Shown in pieces: positions 1-9,083 of a stretch of DNA of 64,000 bases. The stretch lies in the IMG/VR virus record IMGVR_UViG_3300032007_000064, one strand, 5' to 3'. Each line of letters begins with the position of its first letter. The stretch's first letter is position 1. The position numbers and the translations under genes were made by a program. The stretch comes from an uncultured virus (IMG/VR IMGVR_UViG_3300032007_000064). Lineage: Duplodnaviria > Heunggongvirae > Uroviricota > Caudoviricetes. A model generated the notes under the pieces. The model was not told the origin of the DNA. It searched no databases and saw only the letters and a program-made list of their open reading frames with translations.

Positions 1-1143
1 AGATTTCAGCGGCGCTCTCATATCCGTTGTGAACTTTGCCATCCATCCGGATCCTTCCATATCGTGCGGAGAATTCATGATGATATTCCGCCGATACGTA
101 CTCATCGGACCGCTTCGGTCGAGATAGTCAACTTCTGTTATGCCGTTCGTATTGCACCAAATGTTGTTTTGGTGTCGGAGAGTTGTGATATTAACACCTG
201 TCAGAGAGTAAGTAATCGGTGTTGCAAGCGGATAAACAACTTCTACAGGATGTCCTGCAGCATATTCTGCTTTAAGAAAAGCTATAAATTCTTCAACTGT
301 TGGATATAGCACTGTAAACGCAGGACGAAAATAAACCGTACCACCATCTGTCATACTGAACCGTGTCTGCGTTTGAGATGCATAACCATTGTACGAAGCA
401 TGAGTACACATCGCATTCGTTTTCGTAGTCGGGTCAGGCGGATATGCGGCAAGTAAATTGTAGCTCCGATATGTTCCAGAGTATTCCGATATCGGTTCTT
501 CACCTGTAAATGCATATTTATACCATGTGGCAACAAGTTCACCTGTTGTCGGGTTAATATATCCGCCATACATCGTCGATGGGAACGTTATATTATGAAC
601 AACTCCTTTGTACGGATATTCCCCATATGCATCTCCACTATTAAAAATCTGGAGCCATCCTGTTACAGGATAGTCTGTTCCCATAGCAGCCTTGAAACGG
701 AATTTGGTCATTTCCGTGACTGTAACGGTTTTCTTATTCTTCCAAGAAGTCTCTGCATTTACGTCATTAACGATGTATCTACTGGCATAATCCGATCCAA
801 ACTGCGAGTAGAAATCATATGTCCCGGGCGGCAAATATACATACCCTCTGGCAAACCAACTTGTGCCATCACGTTGCGTAACCGTAACAGACCCATCCGC
901 ATTTACATTTACAACCGGATTTTGCTGTTGCGTAGTTTGAGCAATATGAGGATCGAGCATATTCGCTCCTGTTTGATATAATTCCAGTCCATCCCATCCC
1001 GATATCGCCCGCACATTGCTCGGACTCGGATCACCTTCGCCCGCTTGTACAGGCGCAAAATGGCACTTCATCCCGACTAGCGGTCTTGCCAACTCCGTCT
1101 TAAAACTGCAAATATTTCCGCTGACATGATTTATACCGGCCAT
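1..1143 (-). CDS. Tail fibre/receptor-binding protein, runs off the window edge (MAGINHVSGNICSF...QAGEGDPSPSNVRAISGW...)
   Basis: Translated by hand (absent from the ORF track because it has no stop in the window); ATG at 1143 overlaps the upstream gene; shares the GDPSPxNxRxIxG and YxLxTPIxY..NNxW module with the 3477 and 9084 proteins. Confidence 0.75.
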   Translation of the reverse strand, partial: MAGINHVSGNICSFKTELARPLVGMKCHFAPVQAGEGDPSPSNVRAISGWDGLELYQTGANMLDPHIAQTTQQQNPVVNVNADGSVTVTQRDGTSWFARGYVYLPPGTYDFYSQFGSDYASRYIVNDVNAETSWKNKKTVTVTEMTKFRFKAAMGTDYPVTGWLQIFNSGDAYGEYPYKGVVHNITFPSTMYGGYINPTTGELVATWYKYAFTGEEPISEYSGTYRSYNLLAAYPPDPTTKTNAMCTHASYNGYASQTQTRFSMTDGGTVYFRPAFTVLYPTVEEFIAFLKAEYAAGHPVEVVYPLATPITYSLTGVNITTLRHQNNIWCNTNGITEVDYLDRSGPMSTYRRNIIMNSPHDMEGSGWMAKFTTDMRAPLKS

Positions 1144-1955
1144 GACATTACCACCGCCCATCCGTCCGCGATATTGATTTCATATCGCCTGTTCGTTTCA
1201 AGATCCGTCGGATCGAACCATTCCGGAAATTCCACAGTGTTCGGTATTGTCATCACAGCAACAGTGGAACCGGACGTGAATATCACATCCATCACGCCGC
1301 TCTGAGGCGGAGTAATGTTGATACTCGTAACCGTTCCGCATCTGTACATTGTGTTATTTTCACCTGTTATTGTCGGGGTTGCTCCGCTTACGTCGACGAT
1401 TTTCATACCGTCATCGACACCGATCATTGCGCGAATTGCGTCTTTTGCGGCATCGGTATATGTGCCGACAGGGTTAGAAGAGGACGACATGTCTGCACCT
1501 GCGGCTTTGGCTAGTCCGTAGAATGTGGCAATATCTTGAGTATTCGTAACAATTGGTAAATACGAAGAATTACCTGCTTTAATCTGTCCCTCATTTGCCT
1601 TGGCAATGTAAATTACACCAACATTGGATACTAGAATACCATTACCTGCGGCAGTTTTTATAACGCCGAGTGTGCCGTTATAACCAAGAGGTACATTTGC
1701 CACGCCACCGCTCAGAATACTCGTCCCATTCACCTGAACGTCCGTAACAGCACTCGCATCATTCGCCCATTCCGTATCGTAGTCCGTTCCGGATTTTTTC
1801 TTCAGAACCTGCCCAGTAGAACCGCCCGGAATGAGACCACGTCCGGTATCGCCCTTATCGCCTTTTTCACCGGGCGCCCCTCGAAATATATCAAGAGAAT
1901 CATACGTGCCGTTGTCTTTGACATGTATGATCCTTTGAGTTAATTCTACACTCAT
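1131..1955 (-). CDS. Collagen-like tail fibre/adaptor protein
   Basis: Short collagen stretch GAPGEKGDKGDTG and GGSTGQVLKKKSGTDYDTEW, a motif common in phage fibres; GAGGAGG RBS favours ATG 1955 over the track start at 2021. Confidence 0.65.
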   Translation of the reverse strand: MSVELTQRIIHVKDNGTYDSLDIFRGAPGEKGDKGDTGRGLIPGGSTGQVLKKKSGTDYDTEWANDASAVTDVQVNGTSILSGGVANVPLGYNGTLGVIKTAAGNGILVSNVGVIYIAKANEGQIKAGNSSYLPIVTNTQDIATFYGLAKAAGADMSSSSNPVGTYTDAAKDAIRAMIGVDDGMKIVDVSGATPTITGENNTMYRCGTVTSINITPPQSGVMDVIFTSGSTVAVMTIPNTVEFPEWFDPTDLETNRRYEINIADGWAVVMSWPV

Positions 1956-2069
1956 TTTACACCTCCTCGCATAAAACGGGATCGGCAGACTGTTTAGATC
2001 TGCCGACCGCGTGTGAATCAAACTAGTTTTTTATTTGTCATTTATAATTTCAATTGATGTTAACGTATC

Positions 2070-3068
2070 TCATGCTATATGCTGCTCGTATGCGGCCTTT
2101 ACATGTTCGTTGGTCAGTGTGATATACCGCATGGTCGTGCTGATACTGTTGTGACCCATAAGTCTCTGGATATCCTGTATAGCCATACCTCTAGCTGCCA
2201 TGCCAGTAGCAAACGTCCGTCTGAACCTATGAGGATGTACATTGACTACCCCGGACCGTTTTTCCAGATCCTTCAGAATGGCACGAATACCACCTGTACC
2301 AATTCGGTCACTTCTGTAATTGGTAAACAGGGCTACATCGTTGTCCTTGCGACTCTTGAGGTACATCTGTAGGTGCATCCTTGCTACATCAGTGATATAG
2401 GTCAGTCTTTCTTTGGAACCTTTGCCATGTTTTACGTGAACAGTCAGTGTTTGCATATCAATGTCATCCACGTTCATCTCTGCCAATTCCGCAACACGTA
2501 TTCCAGATGTAAGCAGAACTTCTATCAATGCTCTCTCTTTCATGCGTTTGCATGATGCTTTCAGCAAATCAAGTTCTACCGGAGAGAACGGCTGACGCAA
2601 TTCTTTTGGAGTTTTGATCGGCTTAATGTTGGAACATGGATTTTTCTCGATGACCTCTTCATCCACTAACCATTGATAAAAAGCGTGTATGTACGTTCTG
2701 ATGTTTTGCAGCGTGCTGTTCGCAAGACCACGCTCTTTCAGTACAGCCAAATAACACCGGATCGCATATATATCACGTTCAGTCACAGGCGAACCATCTG
2801 AGTCGGCAAAGCGAAGCAGCTGTCTCTGATACTGGTAAACCGTACTTTTGGATTTACCATCTACAATGAGACAGGCGCAGTATCTTTTAATCAGACGTTC
2901 GTTGCCGTCATCATATACTACAACATCGGTGCATCTTTTTGTAATTTCGTAGTCACTCAGGACACACAGCACTTTTCTGGAAACTGCATCCAGCGTATCC
3001 TGGTCGAGAATAGTGGTTAAGGACCGCTCAATGGATTTGACAAGATCGTCACGATAATCTTGAGACAT
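2070..3068 (-). CDS. Tyrosine recombinase (XerD/integrase family)
   Basis: SGIRVAEL (R), HGKGSKER (K), HPHRFRRTFAT (HxxR), LMGH...TTMRY catalytic signature; GGAGG RBS. Confidence 0.95.
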   Translation of the reverse strand: MSQDYRDDLVKSIERSLTTILDQDTLDAVSRKVLCVLSDYEITKRCTDVVVYDDGNERLIKRYCACLIVDGKSKSTVYQYQRQLLRFADSDGSPVTERDIYAIRCYLAVLKERGLANSTLQNIRTYIHAFYQWLVDEEVIEKNPCSNIKPIKTPKELRQPFSPVELDLLKASCKRMKERALIEVLLTSGIRVAELAEMNVDDIDMQTLTVHVKHGKGSKERLTYITDVARMHLQMYLKSRKDNDVALFTNYRSDRIGTGGIRAILKDLEKRSGVVNVHPHRFRRTFATGMAARGMAIQDIQRLMGHNSISTTMRYITLTNEHVKAAYEQHIA

Positions 3069-3081
3069 AAAAAAACCTCCT

Positions 3082-3176
3082 TTGCAAAATGCTCAGAGGT
3101 ATGCTAAGATAAGCATACCATTAATTTGGTTTGGAGTCGTAGTTGCGTCTGGTAAACCTCTACGGCTCCTTTTGTT
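3082..3176 (+). ncRNA. Candidate antisense small RNA opposite the recombinase leader
   Basis: TTGCAA-17-TAAGAT (with extended -10 TG) followed ~20 nt later by hairpin GGAGTCGTAG...CTACGGCTCC and TTTT. Confidence 0.45.
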
Positions 3177-3184
3177 ATGCCTTA

Positions 3185-3213
3185 ATTATCTCAGATAGTA
3201 TACGATCTGTCAA
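3185..3213 (-). promoter_or_regulatory. sigmaA-type promoter for the recombinase
   Basis: TTGACA-17 nt-GATAAT with extended -10 TG on the minus strand. Confidence 0.6.
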
Positions 3214-3245
3214 ATAAAATTAGTGATTAATTGTCCACATTTTAA

Positions 3246-3464
3246 TCAGTCAGCGGTCGGTTCGTGAGTGATAAATTCCTTGTACCCTTCCACACAGTCA
3301 AGCTGTTCATCAACAATCATGACCTCTGCTGTGATAACATCTTGTGCGTTCCATAGTGTCTGGCACAGACCGTGGAACTGTGTTTTTGCGAATGCCTTAT
3401 CTGTGATGCCCTCTGCATGGATAAAGTAATTGCCGTTGATAACTTTGATTATTGCGTATTTCAT
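3246..3464 (-). CDS. Small hypothetical protein following a fibre gene
   Basis: 72 aa ORF with AGGAG RBS, tightly packed. Confidence 0.7.
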   Translation of the reverse strand: MKYAIIKVINGNYFIHAEGITDKAFAKTQFHGLCQTLWNAQDVITAEVMIVDEQLDCVEGYKEFITHEPTAD

Positions 3465-3476
3465 GATTTATCTCCT

Positions 3477-5291
3477 TTACGATAATGCTGTGAACAGTTC
3501 TGCCGCCACCGTCGTGACTTCGTAGTTAGTGCCAAGTGTGAACGTCGCTCCGCTTGCGATTGCCGTTTTCGCCTTGCAGAAAGAGCCGTTGCGGTAGAAG
3601 AACTTGCCTGTTGCGTATGCCTGACTTGCCGTTGCACCGTCCTCTATCGGAGCGATTGTGTTTCGTATATCAAGCTGTTTACCGTCAATGTACAGCTTTG
3701 TGTCTGCTCTGTATGTGACATCTACATTCCCACCTACGTTTGTCCAGACATTGTTGTAGCCTTTGAGGAGTTCGATGGTAGCAGGGGTTATGTCATATTC
3801 GATGGGTGTTTCAAGTTCATAACACACCTGAAGAGGATTGCTAGCAAGCCACGCATTTATAGCACTTTCGGTTGTTAATCCTTCAACAGCAACACGGATT
3901 GCAAACGAATGGTCTTGACCCGGAACAGTGGTTATACCAACCGATCCGTTATAAATTGACGAATAATTATTCCCTACCATCCTATCGCAAATCGGAACGG
4001 AGTATGTTTTGGGTTGCGCTATTGACTTACTCATAAGCCACGCACTCGTTCCAGTTGTGGGTCTCCAATTTGTTAAATTGATTGGCTGTGTGCCATTCAG
4101 AATAATAGACTGCCATTCCGCAACCAGTTTCCCCCTCACAGCATCCACATATCCCCCGAATACTTCTCCTGCTTCGGTCTGCCATGAGATAGGGGTGGTT
4201 GTACCGTTGTAAGGTTCGTAGGGAGTAGATACTAAGCCGATTTCAAGCTGAATGTCTTTAACGATGTAATCGCCTACTTGTTGCCTTGTAATTCGACATC
4301 CAAGCCATTTTCCGACATGTTCCTCCGTTATAATTCCGTTGACAATACCTGTTCGATTTTGTCCATCTTCTGAGCATGATAAAACAAAGTCATTTACATT
4401 TTTTTCATTATTATTAAAAGAAAATTGCATTCCCAACATAAAAGGCAATATCTTAAATGCTTTTATAACAACGAAGTTTGAACCCTCTGTTTCAACATGA
4501 AAATTTATTTCGTGATTTTCAATGGTATAAGATACATTCCTACCTAAATTTGCATATACTACATTATCTTGAATTACATTAACTAAATTTTTCCCTTTTG
4601 CAAAAATATCCAATCCCGTCCATCCATGTATCGGACGAATGTTCTCAGGAGAAGCATCACCACTCCCCTCCTGATACGGAGCAAACTCAGCAGTCAACCC
4701 TACAGCATCATACTCAGCACCGTCCGAAAACGATGCCACTGTGCCGCTTGCGTTGCTGATAATGATGTCTGCTTTATCATTCTGTAACTGATTAATTTCA
4801 GCCTTTAAGTCACTGACATCATCCGCAACTTCTTCAAATTCTTCCATCGTCGGCAGCTCGATCGTCGTACCCTCGTCCTCGATCCAGATCACGTTATGCG
4901 AACTGGAAGGCTGCGTATGAGAAACGACTGCGATATTGCCGACATCGTTCCAAGTGACCTCGCCGTTTGTAACGACGAAAGTTGTCGTTGATCCATCTGT
5001 GTATGTAATTGTGTACGTATCTTCATTGTCATGCGTACTTGTCTTTGAAATGTCGCTGATACCAACACCAACCGTGCCATCAACGACGTCAAATGTGTGA
5101 GCACCATCACGATCAGTTATTGTTATACGATGCCCCCCAGTTATCACCTCGACATCGACAGTGGGAGAGTAGCCATCCTTTCCGTTGCCAGTGTCGAGGT
5201 CTCCACTTAAATTTATCGTAGTGGGGTGCAACGATCCAGTTAGTGAGGTTGGTGATATTTGAATATCACCAGATATGTTCAGATCAGCCAT
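3477..5291 (-). CDS. Tail fibre/receptor-binding protein
   Basis: N-terminal GKDGYSPTV/GHRITITD adaptor repeats; GSGDASPENIRPIHGW module shared with neighbouring fibres; AT-rich variable middle. Confidence 0.75.
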   Translation of the reverse strand: MADLNISGDIQISPTSLTGSLHPTTINLSGDLDTGNGKDGYSPTVDVEVITGGHRITITDRDGAHTFDVVDGTVGVGISDISKTSTHDNEDTYTITYTDGSTTTFVVTNGEVTWNDVGNIAVVSHTQPSSSHNVIWIEDEGTTIELPTMEEFEEVADDVSDLKAEINQLQNDKADIIISNASGTVASFSDGAEYDAVGLTAEFAPYQEGSGDASPENIRPIHGWTGLDIFAKGKNLVNVIQDNVVYANLGRNVSYTIENHEINFHVETEGSNFVVIKAFKILPFMLGMQFSFNNNEKNVNDFVLSCSEDGQNRTGIVNGIITEEHVGKWLGCRITRQQVGDYIVKDIQLEIGLVSTPYEPYNGTTTPISWQTEAGEVFGGYVDAVRGKLVAEWQSIILNGTQPINLTNWRPTTGTSAWLMSKSIAQPKTYSVPICDRMVGNNYSSIYNGSVGITTVPGQDHSFAIRVAVEGLTTESAINAWLASNPLQVCYELETPIEYDITPATIELLKGYNNVWTNVGGNVDVTYRADTKLYIDGKQLDIRNTIAPIEDGATASQAYATGKFFYRNGSFCKAKTAIASGATFTLGTNYEVTTVAAELFTALS

Positions 5292-5623
5292 TACAACACC
5301 TCCTCGGTGAGGGTGAATTTACCTTTGATAAACGTATAGACGTCACCATCTGCTGTAGTAATCTGAACATCATAAACATAGGTAGTACCCATTTTCAGAT
5401 CCTTAGTATCTGACGGTTCGATTGCCAACGTCATAGTGTCATGCGGCACTGTCTTGTTGATCAGTACGTTTGCGTCCGAATCAGTATATCTGTGTTTCAT
5501 AGCAAAACGTATAACATCGCCTTCGGCAGGTGTATATGCGGCACCATCCTGAATGATATTGATCTTCATGCTCAGAGAGTCGCCGCGAGTAAGAGAGATG
5601 TCATTACCATTAATTGAATACAT
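5291..5623 (-). CDS. BppU-like baseplate/fibre adaptor
   Basis: ISLTRGDS...YVYDVQI...TFIKGKFTL pattern typical of BppU N-terminal-like proteins; position among fibre genes. Confidence 0.6.
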   Translation of the reverse strand: MYSINGNDISLTRGDSLSMKINIIQDGAAYTPAEGDVIRFAMKHRYTDSDANVLINKTVPHDTMTLAIEPSDTKDLKMGTTYVYDVQITTADGDVYTFIKGKFTLTEEVL

Positions 5624-5655
5624 ATTGTCACCCCTTTGTTTTTCATATTTAAAAT

Positions 5656-5676
5656 GGAGCGGTTTTGCACCGCTCC
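5656..5676. terminator. Hairpin, possible terminator
   Basis: GGAGCGGT-TTTGC-ACCGCTCC in an intergenic gap. Confidence 0.45.
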
Positions 5677-5711
5677 CGTGTTTATAAAACTATCCTTTTA
5701 TTTTTCAGAAA

Positions 5712-6113
5712 TCATTTAATCATGAAGGATAACATCGATACTTCGTCGAAAGTGAGAGAGTCGTATTCATCAAGATCACACTTCTCAATATCTTCAACGG
5801 TAATGAAGTCAATATGAACGTCAATTTCCGTGTCGAACATTTCGGCAAGCTCTTTATTTACGCCATCAAGATCATCAATGTGAACGTTTCCTTTTTCATC
5901 CTGAATCGTTTCGCCATTCTCATCTTTTTCTGTATATTTCATAATGATGTTCATACGTTCTGTTTCGATGTCATCGTACACACTTTTTAAATTGTTCATA
6001 TTACGATTAATCATAAGTGATACGCGTGTCGGAAATTTCCGTTTTTCTTTAGTGCAAGATTCTTTAAACTTATACAATCCTTCATAACTATTTTTAATTT
6101 CTAAAGCAATCAT
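5712..6113 (-). CDS. Hypothetical acidic protein, possible fibre-assembly chaperone
   Basis: 133 aa ORF directly after an S74-containing fibre; AGGAG RBS. Confidence 0.6.
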   Translation of the reverse strand: MIALEIKNSYEGLYKFKESCTKEKRKFPTRVSLMINRNMNNLKSVYDDIETERMNIIMKYTEKDENGETIQDEKGNVHIDDLDGVNKELAEMFDTEIDVHIDFITVEDIEKCDLDEYDSLTFDEVSMLSFMIK

Positions 6114-6134
6114 TTATCCTTTATCTCCTTTGTG

Positions 6135-9080
6135 TTAAGATATTGCCTGTTTAAGGCGTTCAATTTCTTCGTGCTGTTCCTGAATGAGCATTAACATAGC
6201 TGGCAATAAACGGCGTTCATCCCAACTCTCAATCTTACCATCTTTAGTGATAGCAGCAGCAGGATATATTTTTGCGACATCTTCCGCTATAAATCCAGGA
6301 AGTGTTTGTCCACGCATATCATCATATTGTACATTCTCTAAATCATCATTGAATACAAACTGTTTTGCTTTAAGATGATATAATTTATGAGCATCAAGAG
6401 ATTTATCAGATAACTCCTTTATGTCATGCTTATATCGTAATGATGAAGAACTTGCAGCTGCTGCACCTATACCAGACCTCCATGCAGCCTGATTTGATAC
6501 ACCAATCCAGTTTGTTCCACTCTGGTTGGCACCAATACGAAGATATGCATATGTACTACCTGACGGATGCTTAACGTCAATGTCAAGTGTGCAATAACCA
6601 TCAGATGTCATCTTACAAACAGCATACGCTGTTTGTTTGCCACTATTTACTGAAAAGTCAATATAGTTATTACCCTGTGTCGTTGATGATGGTGCTGAGT
6701 CTGGCAAATTACTTGATTGTATTCGTAGTCTCGATGACAATGTGCCACCAGTAGTAGGTAATGCTCCTATTGCTGCACACATATTATCTTTGGTTACATA
6801 TCCAACATTACCGCCATCCCCATACGCTTGGGCAAGACCAAGGAAGAATGGCATGTTTGTTCCGCAACTCGTCAGCCCACCAGTAAACGCCATACCGCTA
6901 TTAAATGTAAGTTTGCCAACAGTATCGCCACCTGATTTATTCACGGCATTGAGACCAGTTCTCCACGCATCACGACTCGCAGTTGTTGGAAAAGTTGTTC
7001 GCACTGTTCCATCCTGGTCAATACGCAAATAGAAACCATGAGCAGTATTACTTGATGCATCTCCAGAATACCTTCTAGTTATAAAAGATGTATATTGTTG
7101 TCTATCAGTTGTGAAAAATGTTTCTGTATAGAAAACAACATTATTACTATTATTACTATCCAAGTGAATTAATCCGCCAATTTTTCTATTTGCAGAAGGA
7201 GCGGTTGCATTAAAACGAGTGCTTACATCTTCGCTTTTCAATTTAATATTTGAGTCATATGTTTTAGTTACACAAACGTCTCCTGTAGCCCAGCCACCAG
7301 CAGCAGGATATGCACCAATTGCATTACGCCAAGCTGCTGCCGTACCAGTAGCATTTCCGCTAAGACCGACATAAGCAGAACCGTCTGTAGTAACACCAAG
7401 AGCAAGACCATTATATTTATTAGTGCCGCTGATTGGATTTCCCCATGCTAGCATTCTAATACCACTTACTGCATTTCCATTTACAAAACCGTTTAAATAT
7501 CCGAGAACTTGGTTTCTTTTATCAGCAAACAAAAAATGACTACTTTCTTGATATCCGCCAGTACCCACGCCACGTTCAATGTCTGTATTTTTAATAACCA
7601 TATTTGTACTAGAATTAGGAGCAATAATAGTCATATTACTATTATGATATGCTGGCATACTGACATGAAAACCATCCTCAATTGCAGCTCCGCCAAAATG
7701 AATACCTTTGCCACCCTGTTTTACATCGATTACAAAGTATGCAGTAGGCAATATAACATTTTTTGTAGAAGTCACAGAAGTCTGTGTAACCTCAGTGTTC
7801 GTAGCACTAACCGTCACGGTAAATGTGTATCTTATATCTATATTACAGCCGCTAGCCCTAGCGACAAATGTTCCAGATAGTGTAGATGAACCTTTTGTCG
7901 CCTGATATGTAACTAATGTAACTGTTGGAGTTGTTCCAGTATCTGCTGTACATGTAACACTCATTGTTACGTTACCAGCAGCCGGACCCGTAACAGTATA
8001 AGGAACAGTAATATATGCATGTTCGCCTTCATCACTTTCCGTTGTGCTTGTGCTTGAAGCAACTCGAATAGCTTTTGAATTACCAATAGTTACTGCTGAT
8101 ATAAGTTTTTCCCAAACAGCGTATAATGTAATATTTGCACCATTTGCTGCATACGTTCCGCCCGAATTATATGTTGTTCCAGTACCACTCGAATTAGTAT
8201 TCCAAGATTTAAATCGATACCCGTCTCTTGTAGGTTTCGTAGATGATAATGTAATAGCACTTGTTTTTAATGCGGTTTGAGCTGATGGAGCACCAGAACC
8301 ACCATTTGCGTTAAATGTAACAGTATGATTCCATCTCGCATATAATGTAACTGATGCATTATTAGCAGCGTATGTTCCGCCAGATGCGTAAGTCGTACCA
8401 GTGCCATCAGATTTAGTATTCCAATCTTTAAAAGTAAATCCGGTGTAAGTTGGCTTCGTTGTTGAAAGTGTAATAGCACTTGTCGCAATTGCCGTTTGAG
8501 CTGATGGAGCACCGGAGCCACCATTAGCATTATATGTAACAGTTCTATTCCATATTGCATATAATGCTAATGCAGCATTCCCAGTATAACTAGCGCTAGC
8601 ATTATAACCAGTTCCAGTGTCATCACTTTTTGTGTTCCATCTTTTAAATGTATATCCAGTTGCGGTGATACCAGCACGCAAAGTCAATGCAGTATTATAA
8701 TACTTTGTTTGATTAGATGGCGCAGTGCCATGTCCATTTGCGTTATAAGATACGGTATAACTTGGTAAAGCTGGTATTGTAATATTTACTGAATTATCAC
8801 CACTTCCCTCTGCCTCACTACTAACACTAATACCAAGTGTAACAGTGCTAGCAGACGTCGATCTGTTAAATGTTTTTGTTAATACAGATTTAGTTACAGT
8901 ACCAACAAACCATTCGTACAACAACGTACCACTCACACTTATCCTGCAAAGTTGTACCCTCGCTTCTGGAATGATGGTAACATATTTTGAAACAGATATA
9001 GTTGTTTGTGTGTTGGTGGAAGTGACCGTATATTCACAAGACGCAGACATATATCCATGAGTAACACTTAATGTTGACAT
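6135..9080 (-). CDS. Tail fibre with InlB-B/Listeria-Bacteroides repeats and a C-terminal peptidase S74 intramolecular chaperone
   Basis: Three (Y/F)NANG(G/H)..AP...G(Y/F)xFKxWNT..GTGT.Y....LYAxW repeats; C-terminal SSLRYKHDIKEL...GFIAEDV autocleavage motif. Confidence 0.85.
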   Translation of the reverse strand: MSTLSVTHGYMSASCEYTVTSTNTQTTISVSKYVTIIPEARVQLCRISVSGTLLYEWFVGTVTKSVLTKTFNRSTSASTVTLGISVSSEAEGSGDNSVNITIPALPSYTVSYNANGHGTAPSNQTKYYNTALTLRAGITATGYTFKRWNTKSDDTGTGYNASASYTGNAALALYAIWNRTVTYNANGGSGAPSAQTAIATSAITLSTTKPTYTGFTFKDWNTKSDGTGTTYASGGTYAANNASVTLYARWNHTVTFNANGGSGAPSAQTALKTSAITLSSTKPTRDGYRFKSWNTNSSGTGTTYNSGGTYAANGANITLYAVWEKLISAVTIGNSKAIRVASSTSTTESDEGEHAYITVPYTVTGPAAGNVTMSVTCTADTGTTPTVTLVTYQATKGSSTLSGTFVARASGCNIDIRYTFTVTVSATNTEVTQTSVTSTKNVILPTAYFVIDVKQGGKGIHFGGAAIEDGFHVSMPAYHNSNMTIIAPNSSTNMVIKNTDIERGVGTGGYQESSHFLFADKRNQVLGYLNGFVNGNAVSGIRMLAWGNPISGTNKYNGLALGVTTDGSAYVGLSGNATGTAAAWRNAIGAYPAAGGWATGDVCVTKTYDSNIKLKSEDVSTRFNATAPSANRKIGGLIHLDSNNSNNVVFYTETFFTTDRQQYTSFITRRYSGDASSNTAHGFYLRIDQDGTVRTTFPTTASRDAWRTGLNAVNKSGGDTVGKLTFNSGMAFTGGLTSCGTNMPFFLGLAQAYGDGGNVGYVTKDNMCAAIGALPTTGGTLSSRLRIQSSNLPDSAPSSTTQGNNYIDFSVNSGKQTAYAVCKMTSDGYCTLDIDVKHPSGSTYAYLRIGANQSGTNWIGVSNQAAWRSGIGAAAASSSSLRYKHDIKELSDKSLDAHKLYHLKAKQFVFNDDLENVQYDDMRGQTLPGFIAEDVAKIYPAAAITKDGKIESWDERRLLPAMLMLIQEQHEEIERLKQAIS

Positions 9081-9083
9081 TTA

